From NCBI RefSeq assembly GCF_037042905.1, contig NC_087252.1:16556001-16620000 (forward strand): 64,000 nucleotides of DNA, read 5' to 3'. Both the position numbers and the translations under genes were made by a program. Below, piece after piece: positions 14,448-26,792 of this stretch (its first letter is position 1; every line of letters begins with the position of its first letter). This DNA comes from Lytechinus pictus (Eukaryota). The notes under the pieces were generated by a model. It was not told the DNA's origin, did no database searches, and saw only the letters and a program-made list of their open reading frames with translations.

Positions 14448-14995
14448 TAATATGGTGTGTTGTTGATGCTGATAATTACGGTGATGGGCTTAACCGATTC
14501 TTTGGTGGGATAAAAAAAAATACGATTCCAATTCAACACAAATTGGTCAAATACCCCTTTTTTCACTTGTTGTGTTAAGGGGGGAGTGTGTGAAATCTGG
14601 AATATCGATACTAACCTGGGATATCGATGAGAATGTTCTGGACCATTGATCTTCCTCCCATTCATCATCTTTAACAATGCATGATGGGAAGGATACACTC
14701 TTATAATTAACCATCTAACCAGTCATCGTTTCGGAAGAATAATGATCGAAAACAAATACAAGGGGCTCGGATCCAACATGACGATGAATATAATAGGAAA
14801 AACACTTTCTCTCGCAAATTCACCTTCTCTCTCTCCCTTCCTATCCTTCTTTCTCCTCCTTTCTGTTTATTTCTCTCTCCCCCCCCCCTCTCTATCCTGC
14901 TTCCCCCTTTTTCTCTTTATTTCTTCCCCTCCCCCTCCCACTCTCTCAGGTCATTTGTTGAATACACACTGTGTTTGCTAAATATTGCTGTTTAA

Positions 14996-15607
14996 AGGGA
15001 AAGTCCAGCCGAACAAAAAGTTGTTTTGAATAAGAAGAGGAATCAAGCAAGCTTAGCACTACGGTAAAATTTCATCAATATAGGCTGTAAAAAAAGAAAG
15101 TTATAAAGGTGTTAACTTAACGCATTGATTATTTCACATACCAGTCAAATTAACATCCGAGTTGGTATGCGAATGAGGGAAGCGATGACGTCACTCATCT
15201 ACTATTTCCTTTGTTTTTATTGTGTAATTTATGTCATATTCCAATTTCTGCTTAACATAATGTGGAAGTTTGATTCATCCCCGAACACGTGGAATGACAT
15301 CGTTTTAAGCTTTGTGATTCGATGAAAAAATGTCCTTGTTGTCAAATTCCCCCCAAAATGGAATGTTGTATAATAATTCATGTGATGAAAAAAAGAAAGA
15401 AACAAAATGAGTGAGACCATGGACTCTCATTTATATATCATTGCGTTGCGCTGTTGTGCATATATAGCCGACTGGTGAAAAACGAGCGAAATTTCAAAAT
15501 TTCGCAATTTTCTTAATTCATATCCGATTCGATTAATTGCCAACGTCGTACTTGATCATATTTTCTCCTTCATTCAAAGAAACTTTGTGATGGGGTCGAA
15601 TTGACCT
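14996..15607. mobile_element. Diverged copy of the 12218-12820 Kolobok-like MITE
   Basis: ttaa|AGGGAAAGTCCAGCCGAACAAAAAGTTG start; collinear internal matches (GGTATGCGAATGAGG, AACACGTGGAAT). Confidence 0.85.
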
Positions 15608-16245
15608 TACTATTTCTTCCCAATTTATTTCCAACTTTCTCTCACCCGTATCCTACACATCCTTTTCAAATAATTCCCTTTCTCCTTTTTTTCTTTTATC
15701 CAATCCCCTCTCTTCTTATCGATCCCACTATCATGTTGTGTAGCAGTTCTCTTCGGCCCATACTCATTTCTTTTTATCTCTTCAACGTTCATTATCTGGT
15801 ATATTTGTGACTGATTTATATCTGTATGAGATTGAAACCGCTGGCTGCTTCATCGCTTGCCATGATGAGCGTACCAGCCACTGATCAGAGTTGGACTATT
15901 CATCAAAATTGGAGGGGCAATTACTTTCATCTTTCCTCCCTCGTTTTTTTTCTTCCTTCTTTCTCTTTTTCTCCGGATTGAAAATGGAGCTTGCTTTTCC
16001 AAATAGAGCAGGTCCTTTATACATGATATAAATATACCGTCAATCTCGACTGGAAGTAATGACTGACAGCTTTATTTAGAATCATACTAAGCTGGATGAA
16101 ATATTTCCAACTAAATACCACGGAGGGTATTGTAAACTTCTGTATCTTTCAAGGAAAGAAAGTGTAGTAGAATGAAATATTTCTACCAAGAAAAACGTTT
16201 AATTTCAATATGTTACCAATGGGTTCCTTTAAGCAGAGTCACTAA

Positions 16246-16751
16246 TATGCTTTTCACACTGCACTTTTTTCCCTTAACCCCAGGAAATTGGTGGGGCTAA
16301 GGGGGGGGGGGGGGTCTTAGCCCCACCAATTTCCCGGGGTTAAGCTTAGCCCACTTCGTTTTCACACTACGTTTTAGCAAAGTGGGCTAGCACGGTAAAT
16401 AGTACGGTACTATCTGGCCCTGCAAAAAAGCAGGGTTAGCCGGCTTATTGTAGTGCTAGCACCACAATTGCGGTGCTAAGAGATGCAGTGTGAAACGAAA
16501 CAGGGCTAAGGAAAAGTGGGGCTAAGCATTAGCCATCACATAAGTCGAAATTGCACGTTAATAGCGCTCTGTATGGTAAAATCATCAATATTTATGAGCT
16601 GTGTGATTGCCCGGGGTTAAGGCGTTAACCCCGGCTAAGCAAATAGTACGGGGTTAAGAAAGACAGTGTGAATCGAAAAAAAAAATGGGGTTAAGGAAAG
16701 TCCGGGGTTAAGGATAGTATGGGGTCAAGGAAATGCAGTGTGAAAAGCATA
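16246..16751. mobile_element. Harbinger-like MITE (TAA/TTA flanks)
   Basis: taa|TATGCTTTTCACACTGCA...TGCAGTGTGAAAAGCATA|tta; internal re-iterations of CAGTGTGAA and GGG(C/T)TAAG. Confidence 0.9.
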
Positions 16752-16789
16752 TTACTGGGGTGGGAGTGGGGGTGAGGTGCTGAAAATAG

Positions 16790-17005
16790 CAAATGCGGCA
16801 AGGGTATAAGCTTACCCAGTGTAGCCACTTCAGCTCGTATGAACTGTACTCCCCGTGGACCTTGCATAACATAAGGTTATCATTACCCTTAATTCTCTAT
16901 TCTAAAAATGAAGAGGTCAGAAGGTCCTGTTGTGAAGTCTTTGGTATGACTCGGCCGGGGATCGAACCGACGATCTTTCGTTGATGAGGCGGGCGCTCTA
17001 CCAAT
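16790..17005 (-). mobile_element. tRNA-derived SINE interrupted in its A-box region (resumes ~17906-17912)
   Basis: Minus strand: TTGGTAGAGCGCCCGCCTCATC...GGTTCGATCCCCGGCCGAGTCATACCAAAGAC; same family as 60500-60640. Confidence 0.8.
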
Positions 17006-17902
17006 AGGCGGTGCTGCACCATCCCGAGTTTGCTCAATCTCGAGATTTTAGCCCGATCAGCCCTCTTCGCGATTAATCTCGAGATTCCAGAAACCCCGTC
17101 TGCACCATCCCACGAGGAGCTATATCTGCTCGAGCGAGGCAACAAGCCCGATATTCCGGGCATGCGCACTTTCGGATCTTGGAGATTCAACGGCCCGCGC
17201 TTTTGAATAACTTCCCGCGATATGCAAGCAATGAACTCCTTTCACTAGTACTTTCGCCGAATTCAACCGGTGTTATGCAACAATCCTTTCAGCTCAGCGA
17301 GTGAAGAAGTGATGTATTCTTCGTGAAATATGATGGCGGAGTAGGAGGCAACGACAGAGAGGGAGAGAGAGAGGGAGAAGGAGGAAAGAAATGCTATTTG
17401 CTCACATTTTGCGAAGGAATAAGACAACACTGCTGTCAGTGTTGTTATTGAATATGACCATCGTCGATGCGATGAGCGCCTCCCCCTTCGGTCTGGTCTC
17501 TCCCGGGGTCTCTCCCAAAATCCATTCACTGGTGGGGACACCATCGTTGCTTATGAACGCTATTCGCATGTATAAAGTTGACTTTCGCACGTGTTTATGT
17601 TTTGACCAAGGCGGAAGTGGAACGCGAATTGCATTATGGACTGACGTCATGAATAAATTACCCCGAGTCCAATCTCGAGTGCGTCTGCACCGACGAATTA
17701 GCGGGATAATTCGTAAAATAGCGCGCTATTTTGCAAATAAACCCGAGTTGACTTGGGATTGCAATCTCGAGATTAATCCTACGAACTAGCGCGATAATTG
17801 CGTCTGCACCGCCAACTATCTCGAGATTTTTCAGATCGGGATAATTTGCCGGATCAGAAATAGCGCGCTAATTTGAAACTTCGGGATGGTGCAGACGGCC
17901 CT
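17006..17902. mobile_element. 897-bp non-autonomous TIR element with 3-bp AAT duplication (PIF/Harbinger-like)
   Basis: aat|AGGCGGTGCTGCACCATCCCGAG...TTCGGGATGGTGCAGACGGCCCT|aat; GC-rich; repeated GTCTGCACC and ATCTCGAGAT motifs; no transposase ORF. Confidence 0.85.
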
Positions 17903-17960
17903 AATGAGACTCCATTTCCGGGTTTGAAGCCAATACTTTGCATTTTTTATTTCACAACCA

Positions 17961-18638
17961 CCCTTGCGAAAAGAACACAATGTCTGTCAGTGTAAAACAC
18001 AACTTGGAATCATTTTCACACTGACAAACGTGACCATGTTAACAGGGTGAATCGCCTCTTCACCATGTTCACGTAGTCCACTATGTGTTCACTTTTTTTA
18101 GAGGTGTCCACACTGTGAAACTATCTTTACACTGTTAAATTGTAGTTCTTTCACAGTGTGAATTACATATCTATGTGATTCTCTGTGATCTCACTGTGAA
18201 ACCACACAAAACACACTGTGAACTCACTATGAACACACTGTGAATACAATTAGTGGCGGATCCAAGGGGAGGGGGCACATCCGGCTGGAGCCCCCCCCCC
18301 CTTTGAGAGCCATAGTCAATATTTTTTAATGTAAATATGCCGTTCTTAGACAAGTGTGCACCCCCTCTTTGAAAGTTACAGCATTTGCTTTAATGGAAAT
18401 ATTATGTCGATCAAACAGAAGTGAAGACCTTTTTTTTTGCTTGTCAAATTTTCCTCAGTAAAATGTGACTTCCTTTTGGAAAATCCTGGATCCGCCCCTG
18501 AACACAATAATAACAACACACAGTGAACAATGTAAACGCACTGTAAACACGTTGTTTTCACACTCTGAAAAAAAAATGTTAACACACTGAGAACGTATTG
18601 ATAACATATTATGAACACACTGTGTTGTTCAGCAGGGA
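17961..18638. mobile_element. CACACTGTG-rich MITE family copy (hosts a nested hAT-like MITE)
   Basis: CCC...GAAAAGAACACAATGT start, GTGTTGTTCAGCAGGG end; relatives at ~10960-11110, 22645-22735, 23713-23972, 49485-49700. Confidence 0.65.
18251..18500. mobile_element. hAT-like MITE, 8-bp TSD (1 mismatch)
   Basis: aatacaat|TAGTGGCGGATCCA...TGGATCCGCCCCTG|aacacaat. A partial relative is at ~53600-53764. Confidence 0.88.
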
Positions 18639-21600
18639 TATATCGATTCCCCAATAACGTTTTACCCAACATGATAAAATCTCCACCCCTTTACAAATTA
18701 TTGGGTATATTTTTACTCAAACATATTCAGATTGTAATTGTCTATGATTGAGTAATCAAACATTATATTTTGCCTATCGTGTACTGTATTGTCACAGATT
18801 TGAGCTTTAAGAATCTCCTTATACGAGGCAGCCAACATTGTTAAAAAGCAAAAAGCTACACGAATCTCGGACTTAAGATTGATGAAGGAAGAAAACAGCC
18901 CTAGCAAGCTGACATAGAGGCTCTGATAACGACCTCAAAGAGAGAAGTAAAGGAGAGAGTAGTGAGATTGATTAATGAGCATAGTCACTTGTTAGCCACA
19001 TTTCTTCGTTCTTTTGATTAGAAGGAGTGCAAGTGGAGATAACGTATGAGTGTACGTTTCTTACTAGCTGCTTGCTAAAGTGGCTATTTATCATGATGAT
19101 TGGTCGCCGTATCTAGCCCGCCACGCGGCCGACCGTCAGTCGCCCCGCCTCGGTAGAAGCAAGACGTATCGAGTTAATGAAATAGCTCGCGTGGGATACC
19201 GACGAACTAAAACCGCCTCATCGCTTGCGAGTGATTGCTATCAAATCAACATTAAAAATGTTTAACCACGAGTTTGAGAATGAAGAAGCGTCGGAATAAA
19301 GTGCAAGCGTTTGATTTACATACCATGCGGTGGGAGATAATAAAACTCTACAGCTTTCAATTTAACCATTATTGCTAATCGGAAAAAGGTATTCAACGGG
19401 ATCATTTAGTGATAATGAAAAGAAATGACTGGGAACCCATTGCAATCACAATTGCAACGCCATCGGCTAAATCTGAATCATAAAGTTAATTCCAAGACCC
19501 CTATGTTTATTCCTTTTATTGCGGTCAGGTCCCTTTTCTTGCCTTTCTTGTGTAAATCAGATATTATTCATAGGAATTACGCTTTATTGCTTAGATCATT
19601 GAACAATGAAATGATAAAGAGGGATAGAGACCAAGGAATGGTAATAAACCTATTGTAGAAATTAGGGTAAAGATTCCATCTGCGCATGAGCAGAAAGGGA
19701 ATATCCAGACAACAACAAAAAGTTGAACCGAATTTCAAGAATGGGCCAAGTTTTGAAAAAAAAAAGAGAAAAATATGTTTAGAGAAAACACAACATAGAT
19801 TATAAACGTGATGAATAATAAACGTAGTCCATGTAGAGTAAACATGAAATATAAACAGAAAATATGTCATGTTTAAAGATAATAAAAATGTAAGCGAACA
19901 ATAAAACGTTTGTATAGAGCATATGAAAAATAAACAAAATACATAACATGTATAATAACAAGTAGAAGATGGTATAGGGATGATAACACATGGACAGAGA
20001 GAGAACAATACATATAAAACGACATTATGTAAACATTTATAAGGAAAATAAATCATATATAAGTGTAATAAACTATATTATACATGTATAATAAAACGTA
20101 AAGAAACTAAAAGTTATAAAAAAATAATAAATGCATTAATGTGGGGGTGATAGCCAAATGCCATTCGTTGCACAGAACTGGTCTCCCAGAGTTCTAAAGG
20201 GATATTCTGATTGTGAAACAATGAAGTTAGTTACACAACCCTCAATACTATATTAATGACTGCCTTTGGCATAATGTATGAAATATAAGTTCAGATTTTA
20301 TTATCAAAATCTGCCTGAAGTGTTTGAAACATTGTGATATTTTTCCAACAGAAATACAAGTTGGCTTAAGAGTTTTCACAATTTTTATTTATCAATTAAG
20401 TAATTAATTTTTATTAGTTAATAACTTATTTATTTATAATCATTATTATTATTTTTTTTTGGGGGGGGGTGTAGAAGGTAATGTTGCCATGGTAAAGCGT
20501 TTCCCATATTCCATCCTGGGACAAATGAAATATCTTTTCCTACATTTTTAAGTCAGTAAAACAGAATCATGTAATGCAAATATGTTCTACGCCCTGTCTT
20601 AAGCCCCTTTCACAATTGTTGGTGCGAATGCTTACAACCGTTGCGATTGTGTGCAACATATATTGTGACCAAATGATAGCAAACGATCGCAAGAGCGATT
20701 GTGAAAGCCCTTTTATGAAGAGTGGTGTATAAAAACACACGTCTCCAAACACCTGCACAAATATGAATAGTTAACATTTTATTGATCACTTGAAGTTTGT
20801 AATCAAAGTTCTCAATTTAATATAATGTTTATTACATTCCATTTTAAAGAACTGAATACAAAGCTTATGCAAGATCATTGTGTGTTCTTCTGAGCAATTA
20901 TTATATTCACAAGTAATATTTCTGTAAGCCATAAACATGGGTCACTCTATTATCATGTGAATGATGTGAAACACATGAAACAGTAAATAAGTTGAAAGAC
21001 CCTTGATGGTGAAACTAAACTTAGACAAACAGGGTATATTTAGCATTAAAACCCATGTCCAACAATTCTTCTCACTTTGCTATTCATATGCTTCGATGAT
21101 TAATATAATTGACTGATTTTCTTGCAATCTTTATGACCTCCTTTTATGTCTTTTACAGTATCGTATAACATATGAATAACTTGACACTGTGCTTTGAGGT
21201 AGGGAGATCAAATAGTTCAACGCGTAGATCCCAATTTCTATCTCAAGTAGATTGTGAAGAACTACTAGATGTACTGGACAAAATACATTGCAACATATAG
21301 TTATACTTCGTTGCATCCTAAGCATTGTAACGGATAGACCGTTTATATAACTGTGTGCTAAGCAATGACCATGGAATATATTCCAGCAAATATCGACTCA
21401 ATTTCCATATCATTATGAGACCTAAGCTCCTAATTTCCGTTTGAGGACACGAGCGTTTCATTAATTCCGAATAAAGAATAGACACAGAGCGCATGCGCCT
21501 GGCGTACGTGCGTTCACCGGAGGGGAGGCAACTTAAAGACTAAACGAACGTAATGGCATCCTAGAATACTGACATCAAACAATTCTTTACTTCTCGATTT

Positions 21601-23712
21601 TTCGCATTAAAGCAACTGAAGTTTGAGTTAAGGAAGGTTCCGTGCATTTATTGAGTAGCATTTGAGAGAAATGAATTCGGACGCTTTGCGATTATCTTCG
21701 CTCGTCCCGTTAACAAGAAAAAACGGGTTTTATACACATTTTCATCTTCCTCATCCCTTCTATGTCTCTTTTACTCTCTTTTAGTCTGTATGTCTCCGTA
21801 AGTCTTTGTCCCTCCCTTTTTTCTCTCTATATCTTCTTGTCTCTCTCTTTCTACCTGTCACTGTCTGTTTATGTATTTTTCTGTCTGTCTATCTGTTGCT
21901 TATTCTCATTATCTCTCACTATCTATTACCATTATTCATTGTTTATAACCACTATTCATCTGACTATTCTCAATATCTATTACCATTCCTATTCCCCTCT
22001 CTCCCTTGCGCTCTCTCACACACACACACACACACACACCCTCACACACACCCGCACACCCTCACACACACGCACCCACACACGTTTATCTCTCCAATTC
22101 TCCCCCTCTTTTTCTCTTCCCACATTACTTCTCTTTCTCTCGTATACATCTTCCCAATACTCACCTCTCTCCATTTCTCCCATCATTCTTGATTTACTTT
22201 CTCTTTCTCCCCCCCCCCCCCCCACACACAGGAATAATAGCAGAAACAATACCAACACACTACGCCCGGATCTTGTAACATCAAATATAAAAATCGATTT
22301 TCTGCCTAACTCTAACAGTTACAATCATATCAATCGCATTTCTTTATGTTACCCCCGCTAAGACTATGGAATGGGGGGGGGGGGGGGGGGGGGAGGGGGG
22401 GGGGGGTTAGTGAATTATGTTGGTATGGAACAAGCTAGCAACTAATATGCATATAATGAGGACAGTTGTTTAGTCCCATCTGTTTATACCATTGCTGGAT
22501 TGAATGGTGGTCTCGCGCTGCTGATTAAACACCAATCATAAACTCCCTCTAAATACCACTACACATCCTTGTGAAAAAAACACACGATTTCTTATGTTTG
22601 ACAATGAACTGAATTCTATGCGAGGTATGTTTTAAAGGACAAACACCCCGGCTGGAAAGCACGAAGTGTGTTTAAAGTGTGGAACACAATGCGAAATGGT
22701 TTTCAGAACACCTTAACACTGTGAAATTCACAATCCATCAATCAATTTTGATTTTACTTGAAAATCATGGCAGTAGTATAATTTCCACGTTCAATATTTT
22801 TTTTGATGAGCGTTATTTATTTGTTATCCTTGACAAACAATTTAATTGAATTGAACTGAGTCTGATACTTACATACTTTACTATGTGAACGCGACACTAT
22901 AAATGTGGCCACAAAATTGGATTATCTTGTTAAATGTGAGTATGTTAACAGTCTGTGTGAATCATATGTTCCCCAAATAAATTCACTTTCACCCGAACAC
23001 AAGAGAATATATTTTAAGTTACCATATCGATTTGAATTAAGGAATAACAGTTCTTGTAGGGATAAGGTGATCTCTGTAACATCGCAAGGTCAATGTTTTC
23101 TGAATAATTCCCGGAGTAGCAAAACTAATTTTCTAAGCTCCAATACATTTCCTATTCAACATCTGAATGCAATGTTGTGTCGGATTGGGGCTATGCCAGA
23201 GGAAGGCTTCATCGACGCACCTGCATGCTTCGCTACTCTTTCCTTATACCAAATTCAATTTAGTTTCCAAGCTAGGGGACACGGTAAGCTCTGGTTAGAG
23301 TTCCTGGTCGTAGTCCCTTGAGGTGAATGTATTCAAGACTACAGCATTGACTGCAAATACTATACCCAGCCGACGTTTAAGTGGAAAAACCCTCTTAATT
23401 GTGATGGAATTGCCTCAAAAAGGAAATTAACTAATGTTAAGATCGTTGCCTTATTTGTGATTAAAAAACAAACACCCAAATTATGAAATAAATGGAAAAT
23501 AGAAAAAATAATTGGAACAGATTAGTGACGTGATGTGGTGATTGACGTTATGGTAAGTACAGAATAATGAAGTAAATAACAGGTATGGTAACGGGAATGA
23601 TGTGGTAGGAAGAGATTTGTTGTAAAAAAATCTATGTTATAAGAACAATACTGAAAGAATAAGTGGTAAAAAGGGCAGTAAAATGGTGTAGTAAAAAGGA
23701 TAATGAAATATA

Positions 23713-23972
23713 ACCCTAATGGAAAGAACACAATGTCCCACAGTGTGTGCCACAGTGTGTTCAAAGTGTGGAACATAATGTAAAATCACCTTCACAATGT
23801 CGTATTTGAGCAATTCAACATTTTCAATCAAATATTCTCATAGTCGACCATGTGAACACGCTGTGAATAGTCACGCTGTCGCGGTGTTAAGAGTGTGAAT
23901 AATATTTTCATAAAGTCCACTATGTTAACACACTGTGATCACAATGTGTGTCAATGTTCTTTCCAGCAGGTA
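23713..23972. mobile_element. CACACTGTG-rich MITE inserted at the edge of the 17-bp minisatellite
   Basis: ACCCTAATGGAAAGAACA...TGTTCTTTCCAGCAGGT inverted ends. Confidence 0.7.
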
Positions 23973-23994
23973 ATTGGTGACTTGGAAGGAAAAA

Positions 23995-25410
23995 GAGAAT
24001 GGTGTGGTAATGAAGATGGAAGGTGAAAGGATGGTGTGGCAAGAATGATGTGGAAAGAAGTATAGTGTGGTAACAAGAATGAAGTAATATAAGAAAGATG
24101 GTGTTAGAGGGAGCATGGCCTGGCATAAGAACGACGGTGTGGTAATAAAAATGGTGTGATAACAGTATGGCGTGGTAAGACGGATGGTGTGGTAAGACGG
24201 ATGGGGTGGTAAGAAGAATGGTGTGGTAAGACGGATGGTTTGGTAAGAAGGATGGTGTGGTAAGAAGGATGGTGTGGTAAGGATGGTGTTGTAAGAAGGA
24301 TGGTGTGGTAAGGAGGATGGTGTGGTAATACGGACGGACTGGTATAAGACGGACGGTGTGGTAATAAAAATGGTGTGATAAAAGTATGGTGTGGTAAGAC
24401 GGATGGTGTGGTAAGAAGGGTGGTGTGGTAAGACGGATTTTGTCAAGACTGATGATGTGGTGAGAATGATGATGTGGTAAGAAGAATGATGTGGTAAGAC
24501 GGGTGGTGTGGTAAGACGAATGGCGTGGTAAGATGGATGGTGTGGTAAGACGGATGGTGTGGTAAGATGGATGGTATGGTAAGAAGGATGGTGTGGCAAG
24601 AAGAATGAAGTGGTAAGACGGATGGTAAGAAGGATGGTTTGGTAAGACGAATAGTATGGTAAGAAGGATGATGTGGTAAAAAGGATTCTGTGGTAGGAAA
24701 AATGGTGTGGTAAGAAGGATGGTGTGGCAAGAAGAATGATGTGGTAACAAATATTTTGCTGTAAAATGGATAGTGGGGTGAGAAAAATGGTCTGGTAAGA
24801 AGAATGGTGTCCTCAGAATGATGGTGTGGGAAGAAGTACTGTGTCGTTAGAAGGATAATATAGTAAGAAGAATGGCGTGGTAATGAAAATGGGTGGTAAA
24901 AGGATGGCGTGGTGAGAATGGTGTAAAAAGAAGTATGGTTGGTAACAACAATGAAGTAATAAGAATGATGGTGGAGAAGAAGAATGGTGTGGCGAGACGG
25001 ATAGTGTGGTAAGATGGATGGGCAGTGAAAATGATGGTGTGGTAAGAAGAATGGTGTGGTAAGACAGGTAGTGTGGTTAGAATGATGGTGTGGTAGGACG
25101 GATGGTGTGGTAAGAAGGATGGCGTGGTAAGAGGGATGATGTGTTAAAATGGATGGTGTGGTAAGATTGATGGTGTGGTAAGAAGGATGGTGTGGTGAAG
25201 TGAATGGTGTGGTAAGACAGATGGTATGGTAAGAAGAATGATGTGGTAAGAAGGATGGTGTGGTAAGACAGAGAGTGTGGTAAGACGGTTGACGTGGTAA
25301 GACGGACAGTGTGATAAGAAGAATGGTGGAGTAAACAGGAAGGAATATTAAAACGAGATATATGGGAAGAAGAAGAATAATGTGTTAAGACGGATGAAGT
25401 GGTAAGAAAC
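23995..25410. repeat. 17-bp minisatellite (TGGTAAGAAGGATGGTG)n
   Basis: Unit read directly at 24241; the minus-strand ORFs show a 17-aa period (3 units). Confidence 0.95.
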
Positions 25411-26547
25411 ATATTGAGACGTAAAATAGACGTTATGGCAAGAATAATTTTGTGATGATGAAATTGTATTCAAGATTTGTATTTATGTTTATTCCTATGT
25501 CATGGTGTGATGCTCAATGCTTTGATGTGTATATTCTAACAGGGTCCCGTGCGAGATCAAATTGTTGTTTTATGAGCTTCTCTGGTTAATAAATGAATTT
25601 AAATAACAGAAAATACCCCGAAAAAGACGACAAAATTCAACAACATGGAGTAAGGTGCTTGTAAAAAAAAGTCAACTATAAAAATGTGTTGCTAGTTACA
25701 CTTAATACGAAATGTGATTCAATCGGAGGATATTGTGGCAGCGATATTAGTAAGTCGTGATATTTGTTTAGAAATGTGTTTGTGTGTGTGTGTGTGTGGG
25801 GGGGGTGACAGTCTCTTTCCCACACTTTTGCATAAATCACGATTTGCGACAGTGAAAAATATATCATGCGCGTAAGTTCAGTTTTATTAACTTACCACAC
25901 CCCCTTTGTTTTTTATATGCTTTGCTGTGGAAAACAAGTGAGATGGCGGGGGGGGGGGGGGGATGGAAGTAAGAAAAATAGTAATTTAGGTAGACTCGAC
26001 GAGATTCGCATCCCTCCAGGTCTTGATTGGAAGTTGAGTAAATCAGCCAATATACTGTATGGAGGTGGACAGGTTCCTCTGGTCCTCGTGTCTCTTTTCA
26101 TTGTACCCACATATAGACTTTCCTGTAACGTATGCGACCTTTCCCTCTACACCTCTGATTGCTGTAGGCCCCGTTAAATCACCAATATCCGTATTTCGTG
26201 GCTATTGTCAATGAACTCTACCCATCGAAATTCGATCAAATTGGAGTTAAAACGAGGCGAAGATATCATCCATCTATATCAGTGCTAATAAATAATGTTG
26301 ATTGGAGTTGAGCTAGTGGTTTGGGCTGCTGTTTTTATCACATCTTAGTAGCGTTCACATTCGATTTTACTTCCCTACCTCGCCATGCTCCGCGAGCGTT
26401 CACATGTCTTCTACCTCACGTAGACTCATTAACAATACAAGGAAATAGAAGGAAATACGTTCCTTACTTTTTCATCTTCTGGCAAGATTTGGAAGCAGTC
26501 TATTTTTGTTTCACAACGTTTTACAAACCTACTGACTGGCGAGTGTT

Positions 26548-26792
26548 GGATCGGGTCGTGTGGTCTAGTGGTTAGAGCATTTACGACTCGTGATCGTGAG
26601 GTTGTAAGTTCAAATCCCCGCTCTGCCATGCATTGCGCCCACTTTGATAAAAAGACCCGACAGTAATTTCTGTCGGAGAGATCAGCCACTATGCCGTAAA
26701 ATGTTTCTTATGTAACTGGTTATACCAGCTTGGCATTATACCAGCAGGGAGCTGTCCTGGCCTACGGGAGTTACCATAACAGAAACAGAATA
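26548..26792 (+). mobile_element. tRNA-derived SINE
   Basis: GGGTCGTGTGGTCTAGTGGTTAGAGCA (A box)...GTTCAAATCCC (B box), followed by a non-tRNA body and ACAGAA tail. Confidence 0.78.

Noticed and set aside
17391..17789. 132-aa ORF inside the TIR element as a transposase
   Set aside because: No recognisable DDE or Myb/SANT motifs; too short.
21762..21797. Alternative hydrophobic first exon MSLLLSFSLYVS|gtaagt
   Set aside because: The donor is phase 0 (exon 2 needs phase 1) and it lies in CT-rich low-complexity sequence.
22372..22406. Long poly-G runs as functional G-quadruplexes
   Set aside because: Such runs are scattered throughout the window and inside MITEs; nothing specific to this site.
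23920..25412. His/Pro/Thr-rich minus-strand ORFs up to 276 aa
   Set aside because: Translations of the 17-bp minisatellite; open in several frames; no domain signal.
26548..26630. tRNA gene
   Set aside because: A/B boxes are present but no clean cloverleaf; it continues into a SINE-like body and tail. The same applies to 3150-3223 and 60500-60565.
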